From Lingula anatina (lineage: Eukaryota > Animalia > Brachiopoda), in the NCBI GenBank assembly GCA_051362555.1, contig CM120640.1:1054001-1118000 (forward strand): 64,000 nt of DNA, in the 5' to 3' direction. Shown here in pieces: positions 1 to 13,209 of the stretch; position 1 is the first letter of the stretch, and every line of letters starts with the position of its first letter. The notes below the pieces were generated by a model, which had not been told where the DNA came from, made no database searches, and saw nothing but the letters and a program-made list of their open reading frames with translations. The translations under genes and the position numbers were made by a program.

Positions 1-527
1 GGTCAAGGAGTAGCAGGGGGAGCAAAGGGGGAGGGGAGGATGATCATGTTCACCAAAAACAGACACGTGCCTCGCCAACCCCGAACATCAGAGCACCTTC
101 GCCTCACCCACCCCCCCGCCTTAGTTTACTTTTGGTGATCCCTTGCAATTAGCCTGCGTCTTGCCAGCTTTGGCTTCTTACTCAGATCAGAATGATTTAT
201 GATATAAATAATGGATAGGTGATTAATAATTCTTTTATAATTTCATTACCAATTATGAACAATAATAATTCTTTTTTACAATTTTCCACACACGCATGTT
301 GTTTGAAACTCGACTACAATAGTCAGATTGTAATATTTAGAAAAAACGTAAAATAAATACACAAGTCTTAAACAAGTTTATTTGTCAGTTGTTTGGCTTA
401 TCAAGATCTTATTTTGAGAACAGTTAATAATTCTGTTTCCAAATTATACAAATTATAAACCTTGTATTTAGTATAAACAGCTATGCAGGGTTTGCAAATG
501 CAAGGTTTTAATTCTTAACATATTTAC

Positions 528-3500
528 CCGTGCAAGATGGAGGTTCGGAACTCCAACTCCCGTTATTCATACAAACTGCTGTTGAACTCCCTGCCAATAC
601 CAAGTCTCCATCACTACAAGTGTATGTTAACGTGCTGCCAAACACCAAAGAATCATACGTCACAACCACTGTGTCTGGTAACTTTGGTAACTGACAGGTA
701 ACAACTAAAGAGAATAAACAAAAAATAAAACATATTTAGCTCTGAAAAAGTTACCCCCCCCCCCAAAAAAAAAAAAAAAAAAATTATTAGATCCTACAAA
801 GGTCCATAAAATTTCAAGAAATTTGCTGGATTTAAACTTCAGTATGGGTATGATCATTCACTTCTCTTGGTCACTTTTGCCTAAAAGTTGCTCTTTTTAA
901 TAATATGCTCCAAATGGCTACTGCGGCATTGGAGTCACAATTGCAAACGTTTCAAAAATTTGTCAATTACTCGACCACATTCCTCCTTCGGCATCTACCC
1001 GAGCCACCTTCAGTTTACCAATTGTTTGAGGGTTATTCTTGAACAAATTATCCTTGACATACCCCCTATATACATTATTATAATCGAGTGCTGTTTTTTT
1101 AATGTCCTATTTTCCACGTGAAGGCGGGCGAAATATCTGTAGGCAGATCAGGAGCGTTCACAATGATGTTAAGCTTATTTAACTACAATATTGATGTTGT
1201 TTTATAATTTTACATAAATGTGCAGTACATAATCTTAACCCATTTTGAATAAAAAAATTAAAGACTAATATAACTTACTGGAACACGTATTTCCATTTCC
1301 AAAATAACCAATTTCACACTGGCACTTGTAGCTTCCAAAGGTGTTACTACAAACCACATGTTTGCCAGAACAGTTGTGTTGGCCATTGCTACATTCATCC
1401 ACATCTACAAAAAATATCAAAAACCATCACACGCTTGATTTTATTAGTTTTATCGAGGAATTTTCATTTTCCCCTTTCTTCTTTTACCATGACGCTATAT
1501 TCCACCTTGACCATTATTTTGTAATGGGTATGTTCCTCAAACTATGCATTTACCACTCAGTAAACACGATACTTGCTGCAACGAACAATAATCTTTGAAA
1601 TTTAATGGAGCGAACTTCATTGCATAAATAAATCTTGGCACATAAAATACGTACCTTCACAAATATAGCCGTCTCCATTATACCCAAAATCACATGTGCA
1701 GGTATATCCACCATTGGTATTGGTACAACTAGCTGAGGAGCTGCAGTTGTTGGTTGTTTGGCATTCATCAATATCATTACAGTTGTAGCCATCACCAGTG
1801 TAGCCAGAATTACAAAAGCAGGTAAAACCACCATTGGTATTGGTACAGCTAGCTAAGGCGCTGCAGTTGTTGGTTGTTTTGCATTCATCAATGTCACTAC
1901 ATGTGTAACCATCACCGGTGTAGCCAGAATTACAAGAGCAGGTATAGCCACCATTGGTATTGGTACAGCTAGCTAAGGAGCTGCATTTCTTGGTTGTTTT
2001 GCACTCATCAATATCATAACAGTTGTAACCATCACCAGTGTAGCCAGAATTACAAAAGCAGGTAAAACCACCATTGGTATTGGTACAGCTAGCTAAGGCG
2101 CTGCAGTTGTTGGTTGTTTTGCATTCATCAATATCATTACAGCCGTAGCCATCACCAGTGAAGCCAGAATTACAAGAGCAGGTATAGCCACTATTGGTAT
2201 TGGTACAGCTAGCTACGGAGCTGCAGTTGTTGGTTGTTTTGCATTCATCAATGTCATTACAGTCGTAGCCATCACCGGTGTAGCCAGAATTACAAGAGCA
2301 GGTATAGCCACCAATGGTATTGGTGCAGTTGGCCAAGGAGCTGCAGTTGTTGGTTGTTTTGCATTCATCAATATCATTACAGTCGTAGCCATCACCAGTG
2401 TAGCCAGAATAACAAGAGCAGGTATAGCCACCAATGGTATTGGTGCAGTTGGCCAAGGAGCTGCAGTTGTTGGTTGTTTTGCATTCATCAATATCATTAC
2501 AGTCGTAGCCATCACCGGTGTAGCCAGAATTACAAGAGCAGGTATAGCCACTATTGGTATTGGTACAGCTAGCTACGGAGCTGCAGTTGTTGGTTGTTTT
2601 GCACTCATCAATATCATTACAGTCGTAGCCATCACCGGTGTAGCCAGAATTACAAAAACAGGTATAGCCACCAATGGTATTGGTGCAGTTGGCCAAGTAG
2701 CTGCAGTTGTTGGTTGTTTTGCATTCATCCATGTCATTACAGTTGTAGCCATCACCAGTGTAGCCAGAATTACAAGAGCAGGTATAGCCACCATTGGTAT
2801 TGGTACAGCTAGCTGAGGAGCTGCAGTTGTTGGTTGTTTGGCATTCATCAATATCGCTACAGTTGTAGCCATCACCGGTGAAGCCAGAATTACAAGAGCA
2901 GGTATAGCCACCATTGGTATTGGTACAGCTAGCTGAGGAGCTGCAGTTGTTGGTTGTTTTACATTCGTCAATATCATTACAGTTATAGCCATCACCGGTG
3001 AAGCCAGAATTACAAGAGCAGGTATAGCCACTATTGGTATTGGTACAGCTAGCTGAGATGCTGCATTTGTTGGTTGTTTTGCATTCGTCAATATCATTAC
3101 AGTCGTAGCCATCACCAGTGTAGCCAGAATTACAAGAGCAGGTATAGCCACCAATGGTATTGATACAGATAGCTGAGGAGCTGCAGTTGTTGGTTGTTTT
3201 GCATTCATCAATGTCATTACAGTTGTAGCCATCACCGGTGTAGCCAGGATTACAAGAGCAGGTATAGCCACCAATGGTATTGGTGCAGTTGGCTAAGGAG
3301 CTGCAGTTGTTGGTTGTTTTGCATTCATTAATATCATTGCAGACGTAACCATCACCGGTATAGCCAGAATTGCAAGAGCAGGTAAAGCCACCATTGGTAT
3401 TGGTACAGATAGCTGAGGAGCTGCAGTTGTTGGTTGTTTTGCATTCATCAATATCATTACAGTTGTAGCCATCACCGGTGTAGCCAGAATTACAAGAGCA

Positions 3501-6500
3501 GCTAAAACTGCCTGGTAAATCTGTGCATTTTGCGTGTAAAGTGCAGTTGTGGGTGCCCAGGATGCATTCGTTCATGTCTGTAAAGATTATGGTTATTATT
3601 TGCGTGAACTCTTTAATTATTTTAAAATATACAAATTTAATATCAAAAGATGTGATGAAATAGACATGAAAATATTTTACGTGTTTGCATATTTTAAATG
3701 TATTTGTAGTATTTTAAAAAATCACTGTATCAAACTTTTTGCCTCCAGCACTGAACTCCTCCAGCACTGCTGAAATTGTTGTGCCAGAAACGAACAAACC
3801 ATTCAATTAAGAATTCGAAGATAATTTTGTATGAATGGCTATACATGTGACCGTGTCTAATTAGGGCCCAGTAAGTGGCCCATAACGGCCCCAAAGCCCC
3901 CCCCCCTCCCCCCGAAAAGCTGGGTGTGCTCGAGGGTGGTCGACTTACCCGAGCAACCTGCTGTAATATTCCACTTTCCATTTGAAAGACAAACTATGGA
4001 AAAACTACTGTCTCCGTTCATGTGGTACCCGTCTTCACAGACATAGTTAGAACTCATCATGTCTGAACTCATTAGTTTACTGTGTTCTGGGTGAACCTCC
4101 GGGCATCTGGGACCTAGTGAATATAAAACCATTATTTTGACTGGGACAGCTTTGAGACGTGTTTTTTCTTAGGTTGTACTATTTTTACTTTCTGTCTAAG
4201 CAATGAACTTACAGGGCCTTTGCTCTGGAATTTAAGTTTCGTTTACATTTACAAAAATACAATGTATCTTTGTATCTATAGAGCATGATAACTGACCAAG
4301 CAGTAGCACACAATTCACCTACATGTGTATATTTTTTTCTGATCGCTCTCGCGCGTACATATGCAAGGTAGTGAGATCAAAAGGAAACAAATAATCTCAT
4401 GTCCGTGCAATTGTTAAAATAAAAGATTTGCTTCCTACCAGACTGGCACATGTAATAGTTGATGTCCGCGGCAACACCGGTGACCCATCTGAAGTCTCTT
4501 GCCCTGTCAAGCCTGATGGCTTCGCGAGCATTTGCTCGTTGGGTTCCATGTGAGTCCCAGTTAAAATAGTCCAACTGCTTTCCTAAGAACACCAAAAAGA
4601 ACCATTATTGGCAAACGGCACCTGGAGATCTAAGGACAGATATAAGGTACATTGTATAAGAACACTACGTGATATTCCCTAATACAAATACGTGGAGTGA
4701 ATTATTATCTCATCTAGATTATTTTGACTGTACTGCATTTTTAAGATTTTCACAAGAATGCCCAAAATTGACATTAAGACAAAAACATCCTAAATAATGT
4801 TCTAGTTTTCTATATGCAATTTGTATCATTGCCATTTTAATATGGAAAGAAAAGCTTGCTTCTTTTATTGATGGTCCATTTTTGACACTTGTCAATGATG
4901 AAGGAAGTTTTTGCTTCTTGAAATTGCAGTTGGACGTGAGACTATTCAAAATGTATGAAAAATTATAAATAATCTGATTCTTAAATATTTTAAGACTTTG
5001 ATTTATGTGTTTTATGCTGACGTTACCAAACCCATTCCAATGCCTCTTCATAGTTAACATAAACATACCATTTTCCCAAACCCACGTATATGGTTCTGCT
5101 GTGTTCCAAACTGCGCCGATCCAGTAGTTTCCAGCATAACGCCGCTTGTCCCTCACGCTTTCTGCTTTAATATGGCTGACTATAACATTCTGTGTGGACT
5201 GGTTTTCGATATGGGCAAGCCTTGCTCCTTTGTTGTCACATAAGCTTTTTGCCTCTATCCAAGTGTATCCGTCTTCGCTTCTTGATCCAGGGTGAACCTC
5301 CAGACAAAAACATGACCCATTGTGAAAGACGCCGGATCCGCAGTCACTTACTCCAGAACAGCTTTGAACGTTGGCTGAAATATAGCACAGGTGTATTTGT
5401 TTGTAGAAACAATGTACACGTATTATGATGGAATGTCTACGACGCATTGTCACGTCCATTTCCGATATGACACAAGAGCCTAAAACCTTCAAACTTTTCA
5501 AATACATCTGCGAATAAAAATGCTTCGAGACATAACTTTTACATCAAACTGCACAATAAATCTAACAAATATAAAAACTTATCGTACAAACAATAAAATG
5601 AATAAGATAATGTATAGGAAACATGAGACCTCAACACGCTGTTTTGGTGTAACAATCAATTGACAGTGGCAATAATTTAACTGTCTTTGAGGTTCTTATG
5701 TTACACTTCAAACATTCATGCATTCTCTTTCCCAGACGACTATCTACAAACACAGTTTAAAACTCTTAAATATTGCCGATCGTAATTTGGTAGGCTGACA
5801 AAAGTAACGGCATATCACTTCCGACAATTTAATGTGATTACACCATAAATTGAAAATACATTTAAAAATGGTCAATAGGCTTTGGTTAATTTCAAAACTT
5901 TGAATGCTAATAATAATAATCTTTATTAGTTCTAGCACAATTTACAAAGGCTATGACCAAACAATTTCATAGGTAGGCCTACCATATATCAATACTTGGT
6001 GTGTATACTTAAGTGTACTAGTAAGTGCTGTTATAGGGCCTACATCCATTATCAGAGGTGCAAATTATACAACTTGGTACATTCTGTATTATGTTAATGT
6101 ATAGACAATAAACATCGTCGTGTTAAATCTACAGAAATTTTTTGAAACTAAAATCTCTAAAATTGTTGCCTCTATTGCAAAACAGATGTCTGATCACAAA
6201 CAAACGAACAAAAAAAAGCAGACCAATGTACTTACTGAAATATTTTCGCAAGCAAAAAGATATAATAAATTCATTGCAGTACTTACTAAATTCGCAAATA
6301 GCGTTGGACTTTTCCTCGTGCGTTTCGTTAGTTCTGTAGATGTGGGTTGTTGTTTTTGCTTCGTCGTTCCACTTATAATCAAAGTCTCTCCACAGCATGA
6401 CGCGATCTTCATTTCCGCCGTTGAAATTAGGCTCTCCAGGTCCCCACGATGCCCAGGAGAGGGGTTGTCCGTCTGAAGTAAAAATATCCCAGCAGGCATA

Positions 6501-9500
6501 GTTGCGTTGGATCAACGCTGAAAACAGGTTGACACGTTGAATTGCCGTTGATCAACCTAAATTCAACGTAAAATCAACGTTGATCCAGCCACTTCAAAAC
6601 ACCGTCATAATGTGACGTTGACTCAACGTTGTATTTTGGTCAATGACACAACCTTGCAGTTATGGATTGTAATTTAAAATATTAATTATTGAAAACGTGA
6701 TACTTTGTTTATCAATACTGTAACTAAATTTATCAAAATAATAACAAAAGGGTTCTAAAGTAAAAGTGACAGTTGTTTTGTGTCTTTAGTTTACTAGTGA
6801 GTTTTCTTAACTTGTTATTCAGAAATACATTCCAATAAACTGAATTCCTTGCAAGGTCAGCTAACACTAGGATGAATAAGTTGCTATAAATGTGATGGAG
6901 TTAACAGTTCTTGGTAACCTGTTATCAAGGAGTTATAACAGAAGGAGATTACACGCGTGGGGGCGGAGCCCGTATTACGGTCTCTCATTAGTCGGAATGA
7001 ATAGAACCCAGAGAACAATGGGTTCCTATCTCTGTTAGGCTTTCTGTTACTCTCGTTTAAATCTCGTTTGTCAGAATAGGTGCCTTCGTCTGTCGTTTGG
7101 AGAGGACACAAACAGAAACTCAGTCAAAAGTTTCTTAAAATGAGAGAATTACAGAGTGCAGAGGATATAACGTTGGATAAGGTTATCAAAAAACAGGTAA
7201 GTGCTTTTAAATGCATAACTACTCGAAATATGAAGATAAATTGCAACTTTTATGCCGTGGGGTCTCACTACATGTAAGTGTCCAGCTCCACGTCGATCTC
7301 GCGAGGTGGTGTGTGGAGAATAAATATTGCACGAAAAATATTTCCCACTCATAACAAGTGCTTACAAATAGTATCAGATGAAGAAATGTTTGGTCTTTAT
7401 ACAGTTGCAATTGTTTAGTTATTTGTGGCAAAAGCATAGAATAAAACTTAGGTGCACTTTCAGTAGCCGAATAACAAGCAGATGCATAAGCCGCCATCTT
7501 GTTTATGTTTCGAAAAAAATAACTCCAAAAGACATTTTCCTCCTACTTTTTGATACTTGTGTCACATGACAGTCATAAAATTTAACTAATTGATGTGTGT
7601 GCAATACATTTTCTTGAGCAGTATTGTTGGTTTTTTCGATTTTAAATGTGGTCTAGCTTGAATACGACAAGGGACAATTTTCACGAGTCCAGATCAAAAA
7701 GTGTTACGCTTGTTACGGCCAAAAGCCTGAACGTTTTTTGCACTTTTCAAATGCGTGATTATAAAAGATTTTGGTGTATTTAGATTCTTGAACATCTTGG
7801 TCGTGGCTTGGTATATATTGCATGGGTATTGCTCCAATATTTCTTGAAAAAAATAACCTGTTTTGTCCAGAATACCAATTTTTTACTTTAGTGTTATGGG
7901 TAAATGTACCATTTTTGCCTTTACCTTTTTCGTGTTTAAAACTAAGAAGACTTATCATGACAGTTGGTCATCATTTTTCTTCTCACCATGGAGGGTGGCT
8001 TTGGAGTGGTAACTTTGTTGTTAAAGTAAGGTGCTCAGTTATTTTGACTGGAAAGTTTTGCCTCCACTCAGCATTTTCCATCATGGCGGTCTAACGGGAA
8101 GTTTGACTTCACAGTGTCTTTGGTATAGTTATTTTAAACTTATTTAGTCTTCTTTTTACATATATATGTTTTAATTCATATTAAACCTTTGAAAAAAGAA
8201 CACACATGAATCCTGGTGCTTCTGAATTTAAAGTCTTAAGGTTTTAAGTTCACCTAGGCTCCACCAATTACTTTACCTGTTATCTCACTACACATCTCCC
8301 TTTGAGTCAAGGTGTGTAAGACACACCTTATTGTGTAAGACACCTCTATAATTAAGGGGTACTTGCTTCTCTACTTTAATTATACTTCACTACTTTGGCA
8401 TGTTAGGTGGCAAGCTTGGATGTTTCAGTTCATTTTAAGAAAGAAGCTTTGCCTTGGTGGTTACAAAAGAATAGAACTTTTTTAAGGTTTATTCATTACT
8501 TGAAAGTAAATATTTCATCTTGCTGTGTTGAAACAGAAATTCTCTCAAAATTGATAATGAATTTTACATGCATATCTTAACACTACTCAAGTTTTTTTTC
8601 TTCTATTATAGATATGGGAGAAGGCTGCATTGAATATACTAGTATGAATTATGGTCAGGCTGGAAAAAATTTAAAAATGTCAATGAAAAAAGGAGGTCAG
8701 CGTGTCAGGGGTAAGTTACTTTTGTAATAATGCCTAAGATGCATTAAACATTCACTAATAACAGTACCCTTTTAAATTTTTTTTCAAAATACGACAACCT
8801 TGGGCATTTTCCTTTTAGCAACCAGCCTCTCTGAAATCCCCTTTTTGTCCTGTCAGAAGAGTAGGAACCAGGGCGGATTTAAATAATTTCTTGTAATAAG
8901 TACAATTTCTTTCAATTTCTTGGGGTTATTAGCTTGTGATCATGAATCTTGATATTTTACATAAATTTAGTTGTAAATTGTTCATTTATGTGGTGAACAT
9001 TATTTCAGTCAAGTCATAACAAGACACATTAAACTTCACTGCGTAATTCCATAATGTCTACATGGATACTAGTAGTTCATAATGCTATTATTATGTTTTT
9101 TTCTAACCTACAGGTTTCTCTCTTTTCTGAGTGGCATGGCATTGGCAGGCAGAAGAAAAGGCCCTGAAGAAATTCTCACTTGAGTTGTCCTTTTTGGAGA
9201 AGAAACTGGATAAGACTGGCCAACAGAGATTGCATTAAATTAATAGTGCTCCTTCATGACATTTTAAAATATTTTCAGTCACCTAACTGACTCTATACAT
9301 TTCAAAAGTTGACATAAATTTTATGTTACTGTCACATGGAAAAAAATTCAAAACCTATATATAATTTGTTGAGTGCCATGGTATAAAAGTCTACTTGATT
9401 GCCAGTAAAATTTGGACTGTTTCAGTGAAATTTCTTTAAAGCAGTCACTTACTGGCCCAGTTAATTTTTTCAGCTGTAACATGTACTCCAGTTCATTTTA

Positions 9501-10847
9501 TAAATGTTCTTACTAAGTGTTGTCTTGATTTATAATAACCTTTTGAAAATCCCATGTTTTTTATCCTATTTGTAAGAAATAGCCACTTTATCTTCTAGGT
9601 TTTTTTTTTCATTCAGCCCATTAGATTCTCAGACCTTGCTGGCCTGTGAGTGGAATAGTATCTGGCACAGACTGGTATCAGCAAGTCAGATAAAAAAGAA
9701 TATAATTATTTCTATTTGCACGGTTGAAAAAAATTCCAACACAGACTGCATAAAACTGGAAAACTATAGCAACTTAATCATTCTTATGACTTCATTAATT
9801 ACTGCTTATGTTTAAAATTTTGTTTTTGTTCTTCTATTGATGTAATAAAATGGTTTTACTCACAGATGCTACTATCATGATGCTTGAGTATAGAGTTGAC
9901 TTAAAAGATATTTAAGTTAATATAGTAAATAATATTTTGAAATTCAAAATTCTCATCTTTATTTGTTTCACTTTAAAGAGCTCAGTTGATACTAAAATTT
10001 CTGATATATTTTGTACATAAATATATTTATGAATGAATAAAAATTATTCTTAATGTTTAGCACTGTGCACTTGTTTACTGACAAATAAGAAGTGTTAGTA
10101 CCGGGGTATGTGTCAAAATAATCCTGAAAATAAAAAGGGAGATTTCCAAGATAAAGAAACTTATAACGAGTATTTAGTAAACTGACATGTCGTGGCATTG
10201 CCTCAACCTTTGATTAAAATTTCACTTTAATGCATTATGATATTAAAATTATACCGAGTGAGAGAAAAAATACTTAAAGAAATTAAAAACCAGTCACAAA
10301 GCTTAGGCACTGTCTCAATGTATATGTTTATGGGACCAAAGGGCAGGGGGGTCCAAACGTTTATGTATTAATATTATGCCCTTTGGCAGTGAGGACAGAC
10401 GTTCACTCGAATGTCATTTTCACAAACCACAGTTGGGACGTTTTCTTTTGACTTATCCTTGGTGATTTTTCACTGTGTTGTGCAAAAGAAAAGCCATCTA
10501 TCACCGACTCAAAAAAACTCATGGCGACCATCCTCAGTCACCACCTTATAATCGCTTTCTATGATATCGTTCCCTCCCAGCACATCGTCCAAATAACTAC
10601 CTGTGAAAAAAATCGTCAGCATACAGCGCCGCTTTGACACTACTGATCTCGAATTCTAACGCGAAATAACGCATATAAAATCAATCTCCAAGCGGAGGAG
10701 AGCGACCCAGACGAAACCTTGAGACAGGAGGCCCCCCGTAGCTAGCTCCGCCCACCGTAACAGACATCGGAGAGGCTTGCGTGTAATTTCCTTCTGTTAT
10801 AACTCCTTGCTGTTATAGATAGACAGGTTGAGGTGACTGTGACTTTG

Positions 10848-10921
<74 letters not shown>

Positions 10922-13209
10922 CAAAGTATATATTAATCTGAACCTTGGAAATTTTAACTTAAACGCCATACATTAATACCCTACATATATTTAGCCATCA
11001 AACATGTCCTACTGATAAACACATCCAGGCTAATTTCCCGCTGGGTGGGGTTGATATAACATTGTTTTCTGACGTTGATACAACGTTGTTATCTGAGGTT
11101 GACACAACTTTCAAATCCAGCCTTTATCCAATGTCTTCTCAACGTTATGGTTCAACGTTGGTTCAACGTTAAAACAACATAATTTGCCCGCTGGGATGCT
11201 ACTGATGAATGGATGGATTCCTTTTGTATATGAACGTTTGATAATTTCTTAAATGTTTCATATTCTTCCCCGTTAAGTAGTGAAAAATGTCAAATTTAGA
11301 AATATGTAATCTTACCTACAGGTACTATGCAGCAGACACGACTTAACAGGCATTGAGACATTATCACTATGAGTAAAATCAGCAAATGATTTTTAATGTT
11401 CATTTATTTATAAATACCGGTAAGGTCACTTGATATTATTTTTCCTTACATATATTTATTTATTTATTAAAGTGTCACATATTCTTAAAACATAAAATAC
11501 AAAAAACAGTATAAAATAAACTACTAATTAAAAGAATACCCAGCCATATTTGGCTTATGAGACACAGTTTTAAACATTTTAAAAACTGTCTTAGCTAATA
11601 AAAACTGGTATTCGCAATTCATAATAAAAACAAATTTTTCTGTATCACTATAATTGCTAAAACATGGATTAAGATAGTGACATTGATCTAAAAGTTCTTG
11701 TCGTAAATCTGAATAAAAAGGACATATTAAAAGAAAGTGAATCTCATCTTCTGTATTTTTTCTATCGCAATAAAAACAAAGTCTTTCATTTAAAGGGGTT
11801 CGTATTAAACGGCCAGATTCTACATGTATTTAACTGGGCCACAGCGCAACTTAGCTAAAACGCTACGGTAAAGTCTCGGCATTGCACAGTGAAGATATGT
11901 CTCCGTTTTCAAATCTTTTTTGAAGAATCTATAATGCCTCAGTTTATTTCCATTGGGGTTTCCTTTGTCATTCCACAATTTACAAAACCATTTCTGTTCG
12001 TAAAATTGAAAAAGAGACCTTCTAATCTCTTTTTTAGCGTTTTTTAAATACATAAGACTCATTGCTTAACATGCTGTTCAGTTTATACTGAGTGAGAAGT
12101 TTAATGGTTTTCACACCCCAAGAGCGTTTCTCCTTTACTAACCAATTAAAAACTTTACTTAAAATGCGGCCGTTGTTTGCATTTTTAAGTCTACAATAGT
12201 ATCTGAACACTTCTATGTGTTGAACTGCTAGGCTAGGCATCCACCCCATATAATATGACGATGCTCTGCTAATGCAAACTAAGCATTGGGCTATTCAAAT
12301 CTTCCTTTCGGAAAATTAAGAATGACAATGATAATCTTAACTTTTTATCTCCAAATCATTTCAATTCCGCAATACTTTTATTTGCTTTCTTTAACAACAT
12401 GTACATGTACTTTTTAAAAGCATGGACTTATTTAACCTTTATTAATCTTTTAACTATGTTATGATTTCAATAATTATCACAATTAATTATTTCTTGGTCC
12501 TGGCCAATGCGACCACAAATTTCTTACCGAGGTTAAAACGTAGTTCTAAAATTTTATGCATTATGGAAACATGAAATAAAAATAAATTTTCCTTATAGTT
12601 ACAGCCGATGATATCTTACAAATGACACATTTTCTTGTTTATAACAAGGATAAAACAACACGCAGCTTAAACTGACATATTTCTTATAAAATCGTTTGAT
12701 GCTGTTACAAATATCCATTAAAAGAATGAAAACACCTACCGTCGTCCCACCGCCATCTTTTTGTAGCCGAAGCGCCAATCCAAACGTCGAAATTAAGTCC
12801 CTTTCCTTTTAAATAGCGTTCCCTGACGAAATCATCTGAATTCTTGTTATCTATGACTACCAAGGTTCCATTTCTAGACTTACAATCATTTCCAGCGTCC
12901 GTCCAAGACTTCCGTTCTTTAAAAAGCCGGAGACACTTGGAGTTAAAATAGACTGCATCCGGTCCCTGACAAAGCTGACCGCCTTGTAAAAACAAGGATA
13001 ATGGGTTTACATGTACATCTGCTGTCTTCAACACATCTAAGGTACAGGTGTATAAAAAATAAAAAGAGAAAATTACGAAACGCTTCATGACATCGCTTCA
13101 TTTTTAAGAATTTTGAACAAAACATGTTCTTACCTACAGGAACATTGCAAAGTATCACCAAAACAACGGCCAACAATACCATATGGTTCTGTATATTAGA
13201 GACAGCCAT
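528..13209 (-). CDS. Gene A: signal peptide - 2x C-type lectin domain - sushi - 16 cbEGF (one exon) - 1 EGF - sushi; 3' end (probable TM/tail) beyond left edge
   Basis: Exons (minus): 13134-13209 signal [25 protein letters not shown]; 12740-12982 and 6287-6472 CTLD1 ([29 protein letters not shown]); 5069-5374 and 4439-4582 CTLD2; 3949-4113 sushi; 1655-3577 EGF array; 1279-1404 EGF ([12 protein letters not shown]..); 528-704 sushi (..[15 protein letters not shown]). All internal exons are GT-AG, phase 1-1, and the same length as paralogous exons. Confidence 0.88.
1655..3577 (-). repeat. Coding tandem array of 16 calcium-binding EGF units (120-bp period) in one exon of gene A
   Basis: 1923 nt = 16x120+3. 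Units read [40 protein letters not shown], matching the cbEGF D-I-D-E-C and C-x-N-x4-Y/F-x-C patterns. Confidence 0.97.
6926..10809. mobile_element. P-superfamily-like DNA transposon (31-bp TIR, 7-bp TSD) nested in the previous element; no intact transposase seen
   Basis: TIR caaggagttataacagaagga(g/a)attacacgc at 6926-6956, inverted at 10779-10809 with 1 mismatch. Flanked by direct repeat ctgttat (6919-6925, 10810-10816). A CANRG start and 7-8 bp TSD are typical of P elements. Confidence 0.75.
10849..10920. repeat. (TA)n microsatellite
   Basis: Uninterrupted TA run of about 70 bp. Confidence 0.97.
11316..11403 (-). other. Orphan/alternative signal-peptide exon inside intron 2 of gene A
   Basis: [33 protein letters not shown]|gtaag, phase 1; resembles gene A exon 1 (..[15 protein letters not shown]|gtaag). 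Confidence 0.6.
11453..12250 (-). mobile_element. 5'-truncated, frameshifted LINE 3' fragment (L2/Crack/Daphne-like C-terminal region)
   Basis: Broken frames [42 protein letters not shown], then [20 protein letters not shown] (C-terminal CCHC-like region), ending in a (TAAA)n tail. Confidence 0.75.

Larger units (their letters stand above)
6488..11195. mobile_element. Non-autonomous DNA transposon with CCCAGC termini and AACGTT-rich subterminal repeats (CMC/EnSpm-like), in intron 2 of gene A
   Basis: Left end cccagcaggcatagttgcgttggatcaacg; right end caacgttaaaacaacataatttgcccgctggg. 2-bp 'at' on both flanks (6486-87, 11196-97). Many tcaacgttg repeats near both ends, and a second internal ..cccgctggg end at ~11032-11045. 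Superfamily is inference. Confidence 0.65.

Noticed and set aside
2573-3274. Long ORFs of the type [34 protein letters not shown] (also 19453-20193, 40490-41266, 57042-57977)
   Set aside because: Shifted frame of the 120-bp EGF repeat. A stop-free unit stays open when repeated, and splice phase selects the Cys-patterned frame.
1655-3577. Regular repeat array as CRISPR or non-coding satellite
   Set aside because: No unique spacers; eukaryotic spliced context; the units encode cbEGF.
7080-8094. Short ORFs inside the P-like element as transposase/THAP
   Set aside because: No recognisable THAP C2CH or DDE motifs by eye.
10742-10969. YIYIYI, SLSLSL and ILYYILYY ORFs (also 13778-14113, 47343-47588)
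   Set aside because: Translations of microsatellites.
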